Numbered from the stretch's first letter, positions 17,107-25,724 are shown. The stretch is 33,641 nt of DNA from an uncultured Gammaproteobacteria bacterium (GCA_965230945.1 OZ246397.1:504284-537924); one strand, 5' to 3'. The notes: generated from the letters alone by a model not told the origin. Made by a program: numbers and translations.

Positions 17107-18111
17107 ATGATATCAAAAAGGGTCGGGATTGATTTAGGAACAGCCAACTCTTTGGTCTGGGTGGAAGGACAGGGAGTTGTTTTAAATGAACCCACGGTAG
17201 TAGCGGTTACTATTGATGATGAGCGGGTAATTGCCGTGGGGAACGAAGCTAAACAGATGTTAGGTCGTACTCCAGGTAATATTCGGGCGTCGCGGCCGAT
17301 GCGAGATGGCGTTATTGCCGATTATGTCGTCACCGAAGCAATTCTTCGTTATTTTATCCAGAAAGTAACCAGTAGAAACCTATTTTTTAAACCGGAAGTG
17401 ATGATTTGTGTTCCTGCCGGTTGTACTCAAGTAGAAAGAAGAGCAGTTTTAGATGCTACTTTATCTGCTGGAGCCAGAGCCGCTTATCTTATTGATGAGC
17501 CTTTAGCGGCGGCTATTGGGGCTGAAATCCCTATTGCTGCTCCTTCAGGAAGTATGATTGTTGATATTGGCGGGGGAGCTGCAGAAGCGGCTGTTATTTC
17601 TTTAGGTGCTGTCGTGGCTCATAAGAGTGTTCGAGTGGCAGGCAATAGGGTGGATGAAGCCATTGTCTTGTATGTCAGAAAGAAACATAATCTCATTATT
17701 GGTGATCAGACGGCTGAAATGGTTAAAATTAAGATAGGTTCGGCCATGCCGGTACCTAAGGTGGAAATAATTGAGGTTAAAGGTAGGGATTCAATTATCG
17801 GTTTACCTAAAGTGATTGAGATTAATTCAACTGAAATTACTGAGGCCATCAGGCCAACCTTGAATCAGATTGTAGGAGCAGTCAAAAGCGTTCTTGAGGA
17901 AACGCCACCTGAATTAGCTTCGGATATTATTGATAAGGGGATTATTATGAGTGGGGGGACCAGTCTTTTGCGAGGTTTTGATAAATTTATGACGGCTGAG
18001 GTGGGGGTTCCGGCTCATGTTGCCGAAGATCCCCTGCTCTGTGTTGCTAAAGGGATTGGCGTGGCTTTAGAAAATATCGATCTTTATAAGAGAGCCATTA
18101 TACAAAAATAA
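17107..18111 (+). CDS. mreB: Rod-shape-determining actin homologue MreB
   Basis: Motifs GIDLGTANSLV, EPLAAAIGA, DIGGGAAE and MSGGTSLLRGFD. The protein is 334 aa. Confidence 0.96.
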   Translation: MISKRVGIDLGTANSLVWVEGQGVVLNEPTVVAVTIDDERVIAVGNEAKQMLGRTPGNIRASRPMRDGVIADYVVTEAILRYFIQKVTSRNLFFKPEVMICVPAGCTQVERRAVLDATLSAGARAAYLIDEPLAAAIGAEIPIAAPSGSMIVDIGGGAAEAAVISLGAVVAHKSVRVAGNRVDEAIVLYVRKKHNLIIGDQTAEMVKIKIGSAMPVPKVEIIEVKGRDSIIGLPKVIEINSTEITEAIRPTLNQIVGAVKSVLEETPPELASDIIDKGIIMSGGTSLLRGFDKFMTAEVGVPAHVAEDPLLCVAKGIGVALENIDLYKRAIIQK

Positions 18112-18425
18112 CTAAAATTTACGTGTCTTATCTAAAAAGATTATCGGTCCTTAAAATTTTAATTAGACACAGAGAATAACTATTAGGGGAGAGCTTATAG
18201 TTTAATTATCATTAGCTAGATATAAAATTAGTTTTAAAATGTATTTTTTCCCTTTAATTTGAGGTAAATTGTAGGGTAAATATAATACTCAAAAAGGACA
18301 ATTTAGTAAAAACATATATCTATAATATTATCCTAATAATAAATTGAGTCTAAAGATCGTCATTTACAGTTCTTTTTTATCGAAGTATTGTTGTAATTTT
18401 TACTATAGGAAATGAGTTTTGTTGA

Positions 18426-18481
18426 AATTTTCTAAAAATTTGCCATTTTTTTAGAAGAAAAAAAAGAATTTTCTAAAAATT
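18426..18481 (+). promoter_or_regulatory. Operator-like array: a 15-nt exact direct repeat AATTTTCTAAAAATT (x2) with an inverted third half-site between the copies
   Basis: AATTTTCTAAAAATT occurs at 18426-18440 and 18467-18481. Each copy is itself a 6-3-6 palindrome (AATTTT cta AAAATT). TTCTAAAAA in the first copy pairs as an inverted repeat with TTTTTAGAA near 18446-18454. The array ends 21 nt before the GTG of the GT26 gene. Confidence 0.35.
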
Positions 18482-18502
18482 ATTAATTTTTGAGGTTCAA
18501 AA

Positions 18503-19348
18503 GTGGAAAAAACACAAAAAAACACCCTAAAAAAGGGTGGAGACATAGGCAAAATTATTAAAGTGAGCTTGAATAGCAGTTCTTGTAGTAGAGTGCTAGA
18601 TGAGGTTTCTAGGCGCTTGCAGGTTCAAAAGAGAATTTTTATTATTACACCTAACCCGGAATTTTTGGTTTTTGCTTTTGATAATCCTTGGTTTAGGGAA
18701 ATTTTAGGTAAGGCTAATATGTCTATTCCTGATGGGGTAGCTTTCTTTTGGGCTCAGGAGGTAAATAAGGGCAATAATATCTTAACTCGTTTAATAATTG
18801 GTTTTTCAACGGGATTAAAGGTAATTTTTAGCGGTTGGGGTAAAAAAAGAGTCACCGGAACTGATCTAGTTGGCTTTCTTTGCAAGATGGCTTCTGAGAA
18901 AGAAAAAACTGTTTATTTCTTAGGAGGACAGCATGGGGTAGCCAAAGAAGCTTTAAAGGCCTTGCAAAAGAAACACCCATCTTTAAAAGGTTGGGCGGAA
19001 ACAGGTCCAAAGCTGAATATAAATGAAATTAAGGCTAGTAATAATAAGATTAGAGAATTAGTTGCTGGGATCAACCAAAAAGAGCCTGATTTTTTATTCG
19101 TTGCCCTTGGCATGGGGAAGCAAGAAAAATTTATTTGGGGAAATTGGCTGAATTTAGACGTTAAGCTAGCCGTAGGTATTGGTGGGGCTTTTGATTATCT
19201 AGGCGGGCGAGTTAAAAGAGCGCCAGGATGGATAAGGGATGCTGGTTGCGAATGGCTTTATCGGTTAATGAAACAACCTTGGCGTTTTTCCCGGCAGCTT
19301 TCTTTGTTAAAATTTATTGTTTTGATAATTAAAGGAAATTTTAAATAG
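18503..19348 (+). CDS. WecG/TagA/CpsF family (GT26) glycosyltransferase
   Basis: Motifs IPDGVAFFWA, LGMGKQEKFI and GIGGAFDYLGGRVKRAPGWIRDAGCEWLYRLMKQPWRFSRQL are characteristic of this family. The start is GTG, with GAGG 9 nt upstream. Confidence 0.88.
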   Translation: MEKTQKNTLKKGGDIGKIIKVSLNSSSCSRVLDEVSRRLQVQKRIFIITPNPEFLVFAFDNPWFREILGKANMSIPDGVAFFWAQEVNKGNNILTRLIIGFSTGLKVIFSGWGKKRVTGTDLVGFLCKMASEKEKTVYFLGGQHGVAKEALKALQKKHPSLKGWAETGPKLNINEIKASNNKIRELVAGINQKEPDFLFVALGMGKQEKFIWGNWLNLDVKLAVGIGGAFDYLGGRVKRAPGWIRDAGCEWLYRLMKQPWRFSRQLSLLKFIVLIIKGNFK

Positions 19349-19352
19349 AGGA

Positions 19353-19568
19353 TTATCTTCCCTTTTCTTGTATACCTAAGAGCCACAAAATTGATTCCTT
19401 GCGATAACGACGGTCGCCGCGAGAGTTAATGCGAATGGCTGGTAGTTTGCCTCTTTTACCCCAACGTTTAATAGTAAGTGGAGAAACCCTAAGAATTTCA
19501 GCTACCTCGCGAACAGTAAGTAGATCAGGTAGTTCTTCAAGCTTGAGTGGTTTTTTACTATCTGACAT
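19353..19568 (-). CDS. Small excisionase/MerR-type helix-turn-helix DNA-binding protein
   Basis: 71-aa ORF. LLTVREVAEILRVSPLTIKRWGKRGKLPAIRINSRGDRRYRKESI matches the excisionase-family HTH pattern. Confidence 0.7.
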   Translation of the reverse strand: MSDSKKPLKLEELPDLLTVREVAEILRVSPLTIKRWGKRGKLPAIRINSRGDRRYRKESILWLLGIQEKGR

Positions 19569-19657
19569 ATATAGCTATAGCTTTTACTATCTCTTTGTAA
19601 TTTACAATATCATAGTATAAAGAAGGTTGTCAATGGTCAATTACCTTTTAGAACAAA

Positions 19658-19723
19658 AACAAACCGCTTTGGAAAGCTTTTCCATTAAAAAATAATGAAT
19701 TTGTTTTCTGAAAACGGTTTGTT
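19658..19723 (-). terminator. Candidate compound terminator after rplL
   Basis: On the minus strand, ACAAACCG ... CGGTTTGT forms an 8-bp stem followed by TTTTG. The long loop contains the sub-hairpin GGAAA-agc-TTTCC. One arm overlaps the rplL stop codon. Confidence 0.3.
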
Positions 19724-20183
19724 ATTTTAATTCTACGGTCGCTCCAGCTTTTTCTAGCTTCTTTTTAGCTTCTTCAGCATCGGTCTTGTTTACTCCGGTA
19801 ATAACTTCTTTAGGAGTACTTTCAACTAAGTCTTTAGCCTCTTTAAGTCCTAGTGTTTGGTTAATTTCTCTAACCATCTTGATAACACTGATTTTACTTT
19901 CTCCTGGAGTGGTCAGAACAACATTAAAAGTTGTTTGTCCTTCGGGAGGACCACCCTCAGTTGCTTTTTCTTCGTCTCCCTGAGGAGTATTTACCGGTAC
20001 CGGTGCGGCTAGTGGAGCAGCGGCAGTAACGCCAAATTTTTCTTCTAAAGCTTTGACGAGATCAGCCAATTCGATAACTGAGAGTTTCCCAATTTCATCG
20101 ATTAGCTTTTGCAGATTACCACTAACTTTTATTTCTTTTTTAGTTTTTTGTTCATCCTTAGTTTTTTCGTTTTTGTCAGACAT
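19722..20183 (-). CDS. rplL: Ribosomal protein L7/L12, with a Lys-rich N-terminal extension
   Basis: [26 protein letters not shown], an Ala/Pro hinge, and C-terminal [11 protein letters not shown]...[18 protein letters not shown]. About 20 extra N-terminal residues ([22 protein letters not shown]). A GGAGG sits inside the rplJ 3' end, and the two genes overlap as TAATG. Confidence 0.95.
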   Translation of the reverse strand: MSDKNEKTKDEQKTKKEIKVSGNLQKLIDEIGKLSVIELADLVKALEEKFGVTAAAPLAAPVPVNTPQGDEEKATEGGPPEGQTTFNVVLTTPGESKISVIKMVREINQTLGLKEAKDLVESTPKEVITGVNKTDAEEAKKKLEKAGATVELK

Positions 20184-20710
20184 TAGTTTTCACCTCCTTC
20201 CATTTTTTCTTTTCTAGCATTTAAAACATAAACTAATTTATTAAGATTACCGTTTAGTACCTGAACGAAACCAAAGATAGGGGCTTTTAAAAAAGAAAGA
20301 AGCTTAATTTGTAGTTCTTCCAGTCCTGGTAAGTTGGCTAATTCTTTAATTTTCTCAATAGAGATGACTTCATTGTCCCAAAAACCAAACTTAATTTGGG
20401 GCAATTCGTTTTCTTTAATAAATCTGTTAAGTTCCTTAAGGGGAGTAAGATCTTCACTATAGATCCACAAAGCGGCTGTGGGGCCTTCCAGTTGTTCTTT
20501 TTCTAGTCCTAGCTTGCCCTCTTTTGAAGCTAGATAAAGAAGGCTGTTTTTGATAACCTCAAATTCGCCGCCGACTTTTTTAATACTAAAACGGAGTTTG
20601 TTAATCTTGTTTACATTAAGACCACTATAATCAGTTAGGACCAAACCTTTAGCCTGCTTTATCTTTTCAGTTAGATTATCGATGGTAAGAACTTTTTGTG
20701 ATTTTTTCAT
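20183..20710 (-). CDS. rplJ: Ribosomal protein L10
   Basis: [36 protein letters not shown], together with its position between rplA and rplL. Confidence 0.93.
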   Translation of the reverse strand: MKKSQKVLTIDNLTEKIKQAKGLVLTDYSGLNVNKINKLRFSIKKVGGEFEVIKNSLLYLASKEGKLGLEKEQLEGPTAALWIYSEDLTPLKELNRFIKENELPQIKFGFWDNEVISIEKIKELANLPGLEELQIKLLSFLKAPIFGFVQVLNGNLNKLVYVLNARKEKMEGGEN

Positions 20711-20718
20711 TTAAAAAA

Positions 20719-20847
20719 CCTCCCTTAAGAGGAGGTATTTAAAAGATAATAAAAATCGTTTAGTACCTCCGCAGGTTTTACCTTGAATCTTCAAGTACCT
20801 ACTTCTTAGGTAATTAGATTGTAGTCTTTAAGTGGCTGTTTTGTCAA
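20719..20847 (-). promoter_or_regulatory. rplJ promoter plus leader with a Shine-Dalgarno-sequestering hairpin
   Basis: On the minus strand: TTGACA (20847-20842), an 18-nt spacer, then TACAAT (20823-20818), directly after the rplA stop. Further downstream, CCTCC (20735-20731) and GGAGG (20723-20719) can pair across a 7-nt loop. The GGAGG is the rplJ SD, 8 nt before the ATG, and is followed by a U-run. Confidence 0.4.
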
Positions 20848-20849
20848 TA

Positions 20850-21674
20850 TTAGATTTTACTAGGGTCTATTTTTATGCCTGGTCCCATGCTGGCGGCAAT
20901 AACCGTCTTTTTAATATTTTTTTTGCTGACAGCTTTAATTAAAGCTTGGAAATTTTCTTCAAGATTCTTTTCAGAATCGTCAACCTTGCCGATGATTAAA
21001 TGGATGAGTGGGGCTTTGCTTTCAGTTTTAAAAAAAGTTTTTTTGCCGATTTCTTGAGCGAGTTTTTCTGGTTCTTCGCTGATAGTGCCAGTTTTGGGGT
21101 TGGGCATAAGGCCACGAGGGCCTAAAAGTTTAGCGAATTTAGCTAATTTAGGCATCATTTTAGAGTTGCTGATTAAAATGGTGAAGTTAATTTTGCCTTG
21201 TTCAAGTTCCTTAATTAACTTTTCATCGGCAATACGAATGACTTGTTGTTTGCCGGCAGGGTGGGGGAATTCAATTTCACCCTTTAAGCCTACTTCTTTA
21301 ACATTAAAATGAATTTCAACACTGCCTTTAAACTTAGAAATAGAAGTCTCTTTGAGAAGCCTCAAGGCTTCTTTTAAGGGATAAGATTTCTCTCTGTTGA
21401 CTTTTTCTTTAGCCTTAATATATTTAGCTCCATGTCTTTTAACGGCTTTAGTTTCTTTTTTGGCTTTTTGGGAGAGCTCTTTTTCTAATTTTTTTTCCTT
21501 TTCTTCAATGGCTTTGGCTTCAGCTAAGGCTTCTTGGCCGATATCAGCTAATCTGCCTTGGCCTTTACCAGTTTTAATGATGGTTTTTTCTTTTAAAAAA
21601 CTGCCTTTACCTGTTTTTTTCTTTTTAGATTGTTCTTGTTCAGCGCCGATAGCCTTGATTCTTTTTTTACCCAT
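20850..21674 (-). CDS. rplA: Ribosomal protein L1, with a Lys/Glu-rich N-terminal extension of about 70 aa
   Basis: The L1 core runs from about YPLKEALRLLKE... through GLMPNPKTGT. Before it comes MGKKRIKAIGAEQEQSKKKKTGKG...EKEKKLEKELSQKAKKETKAVKRHG. The gene overlaps the rplK 3' end by 8 nt. Confidence 0.93.
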   Translation of the reverse strand: MGKKRIKAIGAEQEQSKKKKTGKGSFLKEKTIIKTGKGQGRLADIGQEALAEAKAIEEKEKKLEKELSQKAKKETKAVKRHGAKYIKAKEKVNREKSYPLKEALRLLKETSISKFKGSVEIHFNVKEVGLKGEIEFPHPAGKQQVIRIADEKLIKELEQGKINFTILISNSKMMPKLAKFAKLLGPRGLMPNPKTGTISEEPEKLAQEIGKKTFFKTESKAPLIHLIIGKVDDSEKNLEENFQALIKAVSKKNIKKTVIAASMGPGIKIDPSKI

Positions 21675-22095
21675 TGTTTACTTTAACCCCCATACTTTTG
21701 GCTGTTCCTTCGACAATTTTTTTAGCGGATTCAAGAAGATCACCACAATTAAGATCGGCTAATTTTTCTTTAGCAATTTTTTCTACTTGTTGCTTAGTTA
21801 GCGTTCCTGCTTCTTCTTTGCCAGCAGCTCCGGAAGCTTTTTCTAATTGAAGTTCTTTTTTGATCATTTCTGATACCGGAGGAAGTTTGGTAATGAAAGA
21901 GAAGGTCCGGTCTTCAAAGACGGTGATAACTACCGGAATGACTTGGCCTTTTTTGCCAGCTGTTTGCTCATTATAGCTTTTAACAAATTCCATGATGTTT
22001 AAGCCGTGCTGGCCTAAGGCTGGACCAACAGGGGGAGCCGGAGTTGCTTCTCCCGCAGATAGATTAAGTTTAATGATAGTTTTTACTTTTTTCAT
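21667..22095 (-). CDS. rplK: Ribosomal protein L11
   Basis: KLNLSAGEATPAPPVGPALGQHGLNIMEFVKSYN. The protein is 142 aa. Confidence 0.96.
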   Translation of the reverse strand: MKKVKTIIKLNLSAGEATPAPPVGPALGQHGLNIMEFVKSYNEQTAGKKGQVIPVVITVFEDRTFSFITKLPPVSEMIKKELQLEKASGAAGKEEAGTLTKQQVEKIAKEKLADLNCGDLLESAKKIVEGTAKSMGVKVNNG

Positions 22096-22108
22096 ACTTT
22101 TATTGAAG

Positions 22109-22681
22109 TTAGATTTTAGCGACTTGAAGAAGGTCTAACTCTACCGGCGTTTCCCTTCCAAATATACTGACCAAGACTTTAATTTTACCTTTTTCTTCAT
22201 CAATCCCTTCAACAGTGCCTAGAAATTCAGCAAAAGCGCCGTCAATAATCTTAACGGCTTCACCCGTGGAGAATTTGGCTTTGAATTTAGGTGCCTTCAT
22301 CTTCACAAATTTTTGGATTGCCTGAATTTCATTTTTATCTAAAGGGGTAGGTTTATTGCCGGTGCCAATAAAGCCAGTAACTCCATTGGTGGTACGAACT
22401 GTTAGCCAGGCTTGTTCGTTTAAAATCATTTTGACCAAAATATAGCCGGGAAAGATCTTTTCTTTAATTTTCTGTTTAGTCCCTGAACGAATTTCAATTC
22501 TTTCCTGAGTAGGAATTAAGATTTCTAAAATGTTGTTTTCCAAGGTCATTGATTCAACTCTTTGTTTAAGTTGTTGAGCGACTTTTTGTTCATGACCAGA
22601 ATAGGTATGGACGACGAACCATCGTGCCTTTTTATCATCAGACTTTTTAATGATAATATGGTTTTTCTCTTTTTTATCCAT
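22109..22681 (-). CDS. nusG: Transcription termination/antitermination factor NusG
   Basis: NGN domain WFVVHTYSGHEQKV and KOW motif GEAVKIIDGAFAEFLGTVEGID. It sits between secE and rplK. Confidence 0.95.
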   Translation of the reverse strand: MDKKEKNHIIIKKSDDKKARWFVVHTYSGHEQKVAQQLKQRVESMTLENNILEILIPTQERIEIRSGTKQKIKEKIFPGYILVKMILNEQAWLTVRTTNGVTGFIGTGNKPTPLDKNEIQAIQKFVKMKAPKFKAKFSTGEAVKIIDGAFAEFLGTVEGIDEEKGKIKVLVSIFGRETPVELDLLQVAKI

Positions 22682-22683
22682 AG

Positions 22684-22881
22684 TTAAATAAAAATTTCCA
22701 TCAGTTTGGTAAAGCCGAAGTCTAAGGTGCTGATAAAAACAGCCACGACTAAAGAAACAGCAATAACAATTAAGGTTAAACGGACGGTTTGCTGACGATT
22801 GAGCCAGGTAACCTTACCTAGTTCAGCTTTAACCTCTTTCAAAAAAGACGGTATTCGTCCTAGGCCCGTAGGTGTATTCAT
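22684..22881 (-). CDS. secE: Preprotein translocase subunit SecE
   Basis: MNTPTGLGRIPSFLKEVKAELGKVTWLNRQQTVRLTLIVIAVSLVVAVFISTLD is a typical single-TM SecE. The track's longer version (to 22947) would overlap the divergent galU start, so I prefer the internal ATG at 22881. Confidence 0.85.
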   Translation of the reverse strand: MNTPTGLGRIPSFLKEVKAELGKVTWLNRQQTVRLTLIVIAVSLVVAVFISTLDFGFTKLMEIFI

Positions 22882-22918
22882 TGGACAAATTCTAACATAT
22901 GACTTAAGATGAATCAAT

Positions 22919-23806
22919 ATGAGTAATAATAGCAGGAAAATTCGCAAAGCTGTTATTCCGGCTGCAGGCTATGGTATTCGTTTTCTCCCCCAGACCAAGG
23001 CCATGCCTAAGGAGATGCTACCAGTAGTTAATAAGCCCATTATCCAATATGTAGTTGAAGAAGTGGTTGCTTCAGGAATTGAGGATATCATTATTGTTAC
23101 CAATTGGCAGAAACGTTCAGTAGAGGATCATTTTGACAACTCTTTTGAGTTAGAAGAGATGCTTGAAAAAACAGGCAAGGAGAAAGAATTAAAAGAAATA
23201 AGAAGGATTGCTGATTTAGCAAACTTTATCTATATCCGTCAAAAGGGAACTTATGGCAATGCCACCCCAGTTTTATGTTCAGAGCCAGCCATAGGCAATG
23301 AACCTTTTGTCGTTATTTGGGGTGATGAATTTATTCATGCTCAACCACCTAGATTGAAACAGATGATTGATGTTTACAATAAATATGGCGGTATTGTTAT
23401 TTCAGGAGTGAGAATTACTGACAAGAAGGATGTTTCCAGATATGGAATTGCCGATATAGAGCCCGTTGAAAATAAGGTTTTTAGAATTAAAAGAATTCTG
23501 GAGAAGCCTGATCCAGAAGAAGCCCCGTCTAATTTAGCCACTCACGGTGCTTATATCTTACCCCCAGAGATTTTTAAGGCCATAAAATCTTTAAAACCAG
23601 GCAAGGGGGGAGAAGTGTGGTTGGCAGATGCCATAAATGTTTTACGAAAACAAGGTGTGCCTGTTTATGCCTGCGAGATTAAAAACGGTAAGTATTATGA
23701 TACTGGTAATAAATTAGAATATTTAAAAACAGTTGTTGACTTTGGTTTAAAAGATGCAGAGTTTGGTAAAGATTTTAAAAAATACCTCAAAAATCTTAAA
23801 TTTTAG
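22919..23806 (+). CDS. galU: UTP-glucose-1-phosphate uridylyltransferase
   Basis: KAVIPAAGYGIRFLPQTKAMPKEMLPVVNKPIIQYVVEE, plus EKPDPEEAPSNLATHGAYIL. The protein is 295 aa. Confidence 0.93.
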   Translation: MSNNSRKIRKAVIPAAGYGIRFLPQTKAMPKEMLPVVNKPIIQYVVEEVVASGIEDIIIVTNWQKRSVEDHFDNSFELEEMLEKTGKEKELKEIRRIADLANFIYIRQKGTYGNATPVLCSEPAIGNEPFVVIWGDEFIHAQPPRLKQMIDVYNKYGGIVISGVRITDKKDVSRYGIADIEPVENKVFRIKRILEKPDPEEAPSNLATHGAYILPPEIFKAIKSLKPGKGGEVWLADAINVLRKQGVPVYACEIKNGKYYDTGNKLEYLKTVVDFGLKDAEFGKDFKKYLKNLKF

Positions 23807-23857
23807 GATTCCCTCTTGATTTACTTTTAGCTATTTTGATAAACTTTCCTTATTAAC

Positions 23858-25366
23858 ATGTCCATGAAAGTTTTACTCATTTATCCTCGATATCCAGAAA
23901 CCTTTTGGAGCTTCAAGTATATTTTAAGGATTGTTGGTAAAAAAGCTGCTTTTCCACCCTTAGGCCTGCTTACAGTAGCTTCGCTTTTACCCAAAAGATG
24001 GGAAAAGAAGTTAGTTGATATGAATATAGAAGATTTAAAGGATGAGGATATAGGGTGGGCTGACTTAGTTTTCTTGAGCGCCATGATTGTTCAGAAAGAA
24101 TCAGCAAATCAGGTAATTGATAGGGTCAAAGAATTTGATAAGAAAATAGTTGCTGGAGGGCCATTATTTACTACTGGTGGGAAGGAATTTACTAAAAAAG
24201 TTAACCATTTGGTCTTAGGGGAGGCGGAAGAAACCCTACCTTTATTTTTGAGAGACCTTAAGAAAGGTTGTCTTAAAAAGATTTATCAATCTAAAAAATT
24301 CCCTGATCTTAGGAAGAAATCAGTTGTTCCTGATTATAGTTTAATTGATATTCACAAGTATAATTCATTATGTATTCAATATTCTCGGGGATGTCCTTTT
24401 AATTGTGAATTTTGTGATATTGTCATTCTTAATGGACGAGTGCCAAGGTATAAGACAAAGGGGCAGATTGTTAAAGAACTTGAATTTTTACGCAAGCTTA
24501 GATGGAAGGGTGGAATTTTCTTTGTTGACGACAATTTCATCGGCAACAAACAAGCTGTTAAAAAGGAAGTCTTGCCAGCTATTGTTAAATGGCAAAAAGA
24601 GAAAAGACAACCCTTTTTATTTATTACTCAAGCTTCAATTAACTTGGCTGATGATCCCGACCTAATAAAACAGATGGTAAAAGCTGGTTTTACGACTGTT
24701 TTTGTCGGTATCGAAACACCAGATTCTGAAAGCTTAAGAGAATGTAATAAAATCCAAAATCAGGATCGTGATTTATTGGCAGCAGTTAAAAAACTTCAAA
24801 ACGGAGGATTAGAAGTTCAAGGAGGTTTTATTGTCGGTTTTGACCATGATACAGCTTCTATTTTTAAGCGTCAGATTGAATTTATTCAAAAGAGCGGTAT
24901 TGTCACGGCCATGGTAGGTTTGCTAAGTGCTTTACCTAGAACGGAACTCTACCAACGTCTTAAAAAAACAGGCAGATTGCTTAAAGAAACTACGGGAAGC
25001 AATACCTCAACTGATCTTAATTTTATTCCCAAGATGAGGAGACAAACTTTAATTAGAGGTTACAAAGATATTCTTAATACCATTTATTCTCCCAAAGAGT
25101 ATTATCGGCGAATTATTAATTTCTTAAGAGAATTTAGGCCGCCTCCCAGAAGAGCTTATTTAAGGGTAAGGTTTTATCACTTAAGAGCTTTTTTAGCTTC
25201 TTTATGGCTTTTGGGTATTAAAAATAAAGGTCGTAGGTATTTTTGGAGATTGATTCTGTGGAGCTTATTTAAAAAACCAAAAGTTTTTCCTCAAGCGATT
25301 GGTTTTTCTATTGTTGGGATTCATTTTAGAAGGCTTTATGGTAAGAAGAATGGCTCGTGGGTTTAG
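23858..25366 (+). CDS. B12-binding-domain radical SAM protein (class B), substrate unknown
   Basis: N-terminal cobalamin-binding-like region (KVLLIYPRYP...LGLLTVASLL). Radical SAM cluster motif YSRGCPFNCEFCDI (CxxxCxxC). A long basic C-terminal extension follows. ATG 23864 is an alternative start. Confidence 0.85.
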   Translation: MSMKVLLIYPRYPETFWSFKYILRIVGKKAAFPPLGLLTVASLLPKRWEKKLVDMNIEDLKDEDIGWADLVFLSAMIVQKESANQVIDRVKEFDKKIVAGGPLFTTGGKEFTKKVNHLVLGEAEETLPLFLRDLKKGCLKKIYQSKKFPDLRKKSVVPDYSLIDIHKYNSLCIQYSRGCPFNCEFCDIVILNGRVPRYKTKGQIVKELEFLRKLRWKGGIFFVDDNFIGNKQAVKKEVLPAIVKWQKEKRQPFLFITQASINLADDPDLIKQMVKAGFTTVFVGIETPDSESLRECNKIQNQDRDLLAAVKKLQNGGLEVQGGFIVGFDHDTASIFKRQIEFIQKSGIVTAMVGLLSALPRTELYQRLKKTGRLLKETTGSNTSTDLNFIPKMRRQTLIRGYKDILNTIYSPKEYYRRIINFLREFRPPPRRAYLRVRFYHLRAFLASLWLLGIKNKGRRYFWRLILWSLFKKPKVFPQAIGFSIVGIHFRRLYGKKNGSWV

Positions 25367-25412
25367 TTGTAGTATTAATTGCTACTTGTATCCCTTTTGA
25401 TATATTTAAATT

Positions 25413-25724
25413 TTAATCTTGTCTAAGGAATTTACTTCTTAGTCTTGAGAAAAGCGAAATTCTTTCTATTTCTTCAGCGTTTATGGGGACTATTCCTTCA
25501 GGGAGATTTTTTCCAGATATAATTTTATCTTTCCCAGTTTTATAGAAACAGGGGATTTTGTAAAGTAAGCGAGGATTAGCTTTTACAAAATTTGTTTCTT
25601 GTTTATTTTGTTTCCCCTTTTTTCTTAGCTGTTTTTGACGTTGTTTATCCTTTCTTAAGTTTTCTTTAGCTGCTGATATAAAATTGCTGTTATATCCGAG
25701 GGGGAGTTCTTTTTTTGATACCAT
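25413..25724 (-). CDS. Hypothetical Lys-rich 103-aa protein
   Basis: ORF evidence only. No obvious SD precedes the ATG. It is preceded by copy 1 of the 81-nt repeat element. Confidence 0.4.
   Translation of the reverse strand: MVSKKELPLGYNSNFISAAKENLRKDKQRQKQLRKKGKQNKQETNFVKANPRLLYKIPCFYKTGKDKIISGKNLPEGIVPINAEEIERISLFSRLRSKFLRQD

Noticed and set aside
21397-21762. A 121-aa antisense ORF inside rplA/rplK. Similar antisense ORFs occur at 4105-4338, 5640-5882, 7641-7910, 12734-13046, 15781-16029, 18913-19113, 19429-19620, 19786-19983, 20875-21312, 23881-24084, 24345-24665, 26184-26574, 26752-27075, 27368-27562, 30483-30677, 30897-31344, 31520-31732 and 32459-32683.
   Set aside because: Each lies inside or opposite a well-supported gene or tRNA, has low-complexity or hydrophobic junk composition, and has no RBS context. 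These are typical shadow ORFs.
22882-22947. A longer SecE (87 aa) starting at 22947, as in the track.
   Set aside because: The extra 22 residues are not SecE-like, and that start would overlap the divergent galU start codon. The internal ATG at 22881 gives a canonical 65-aa SecE.
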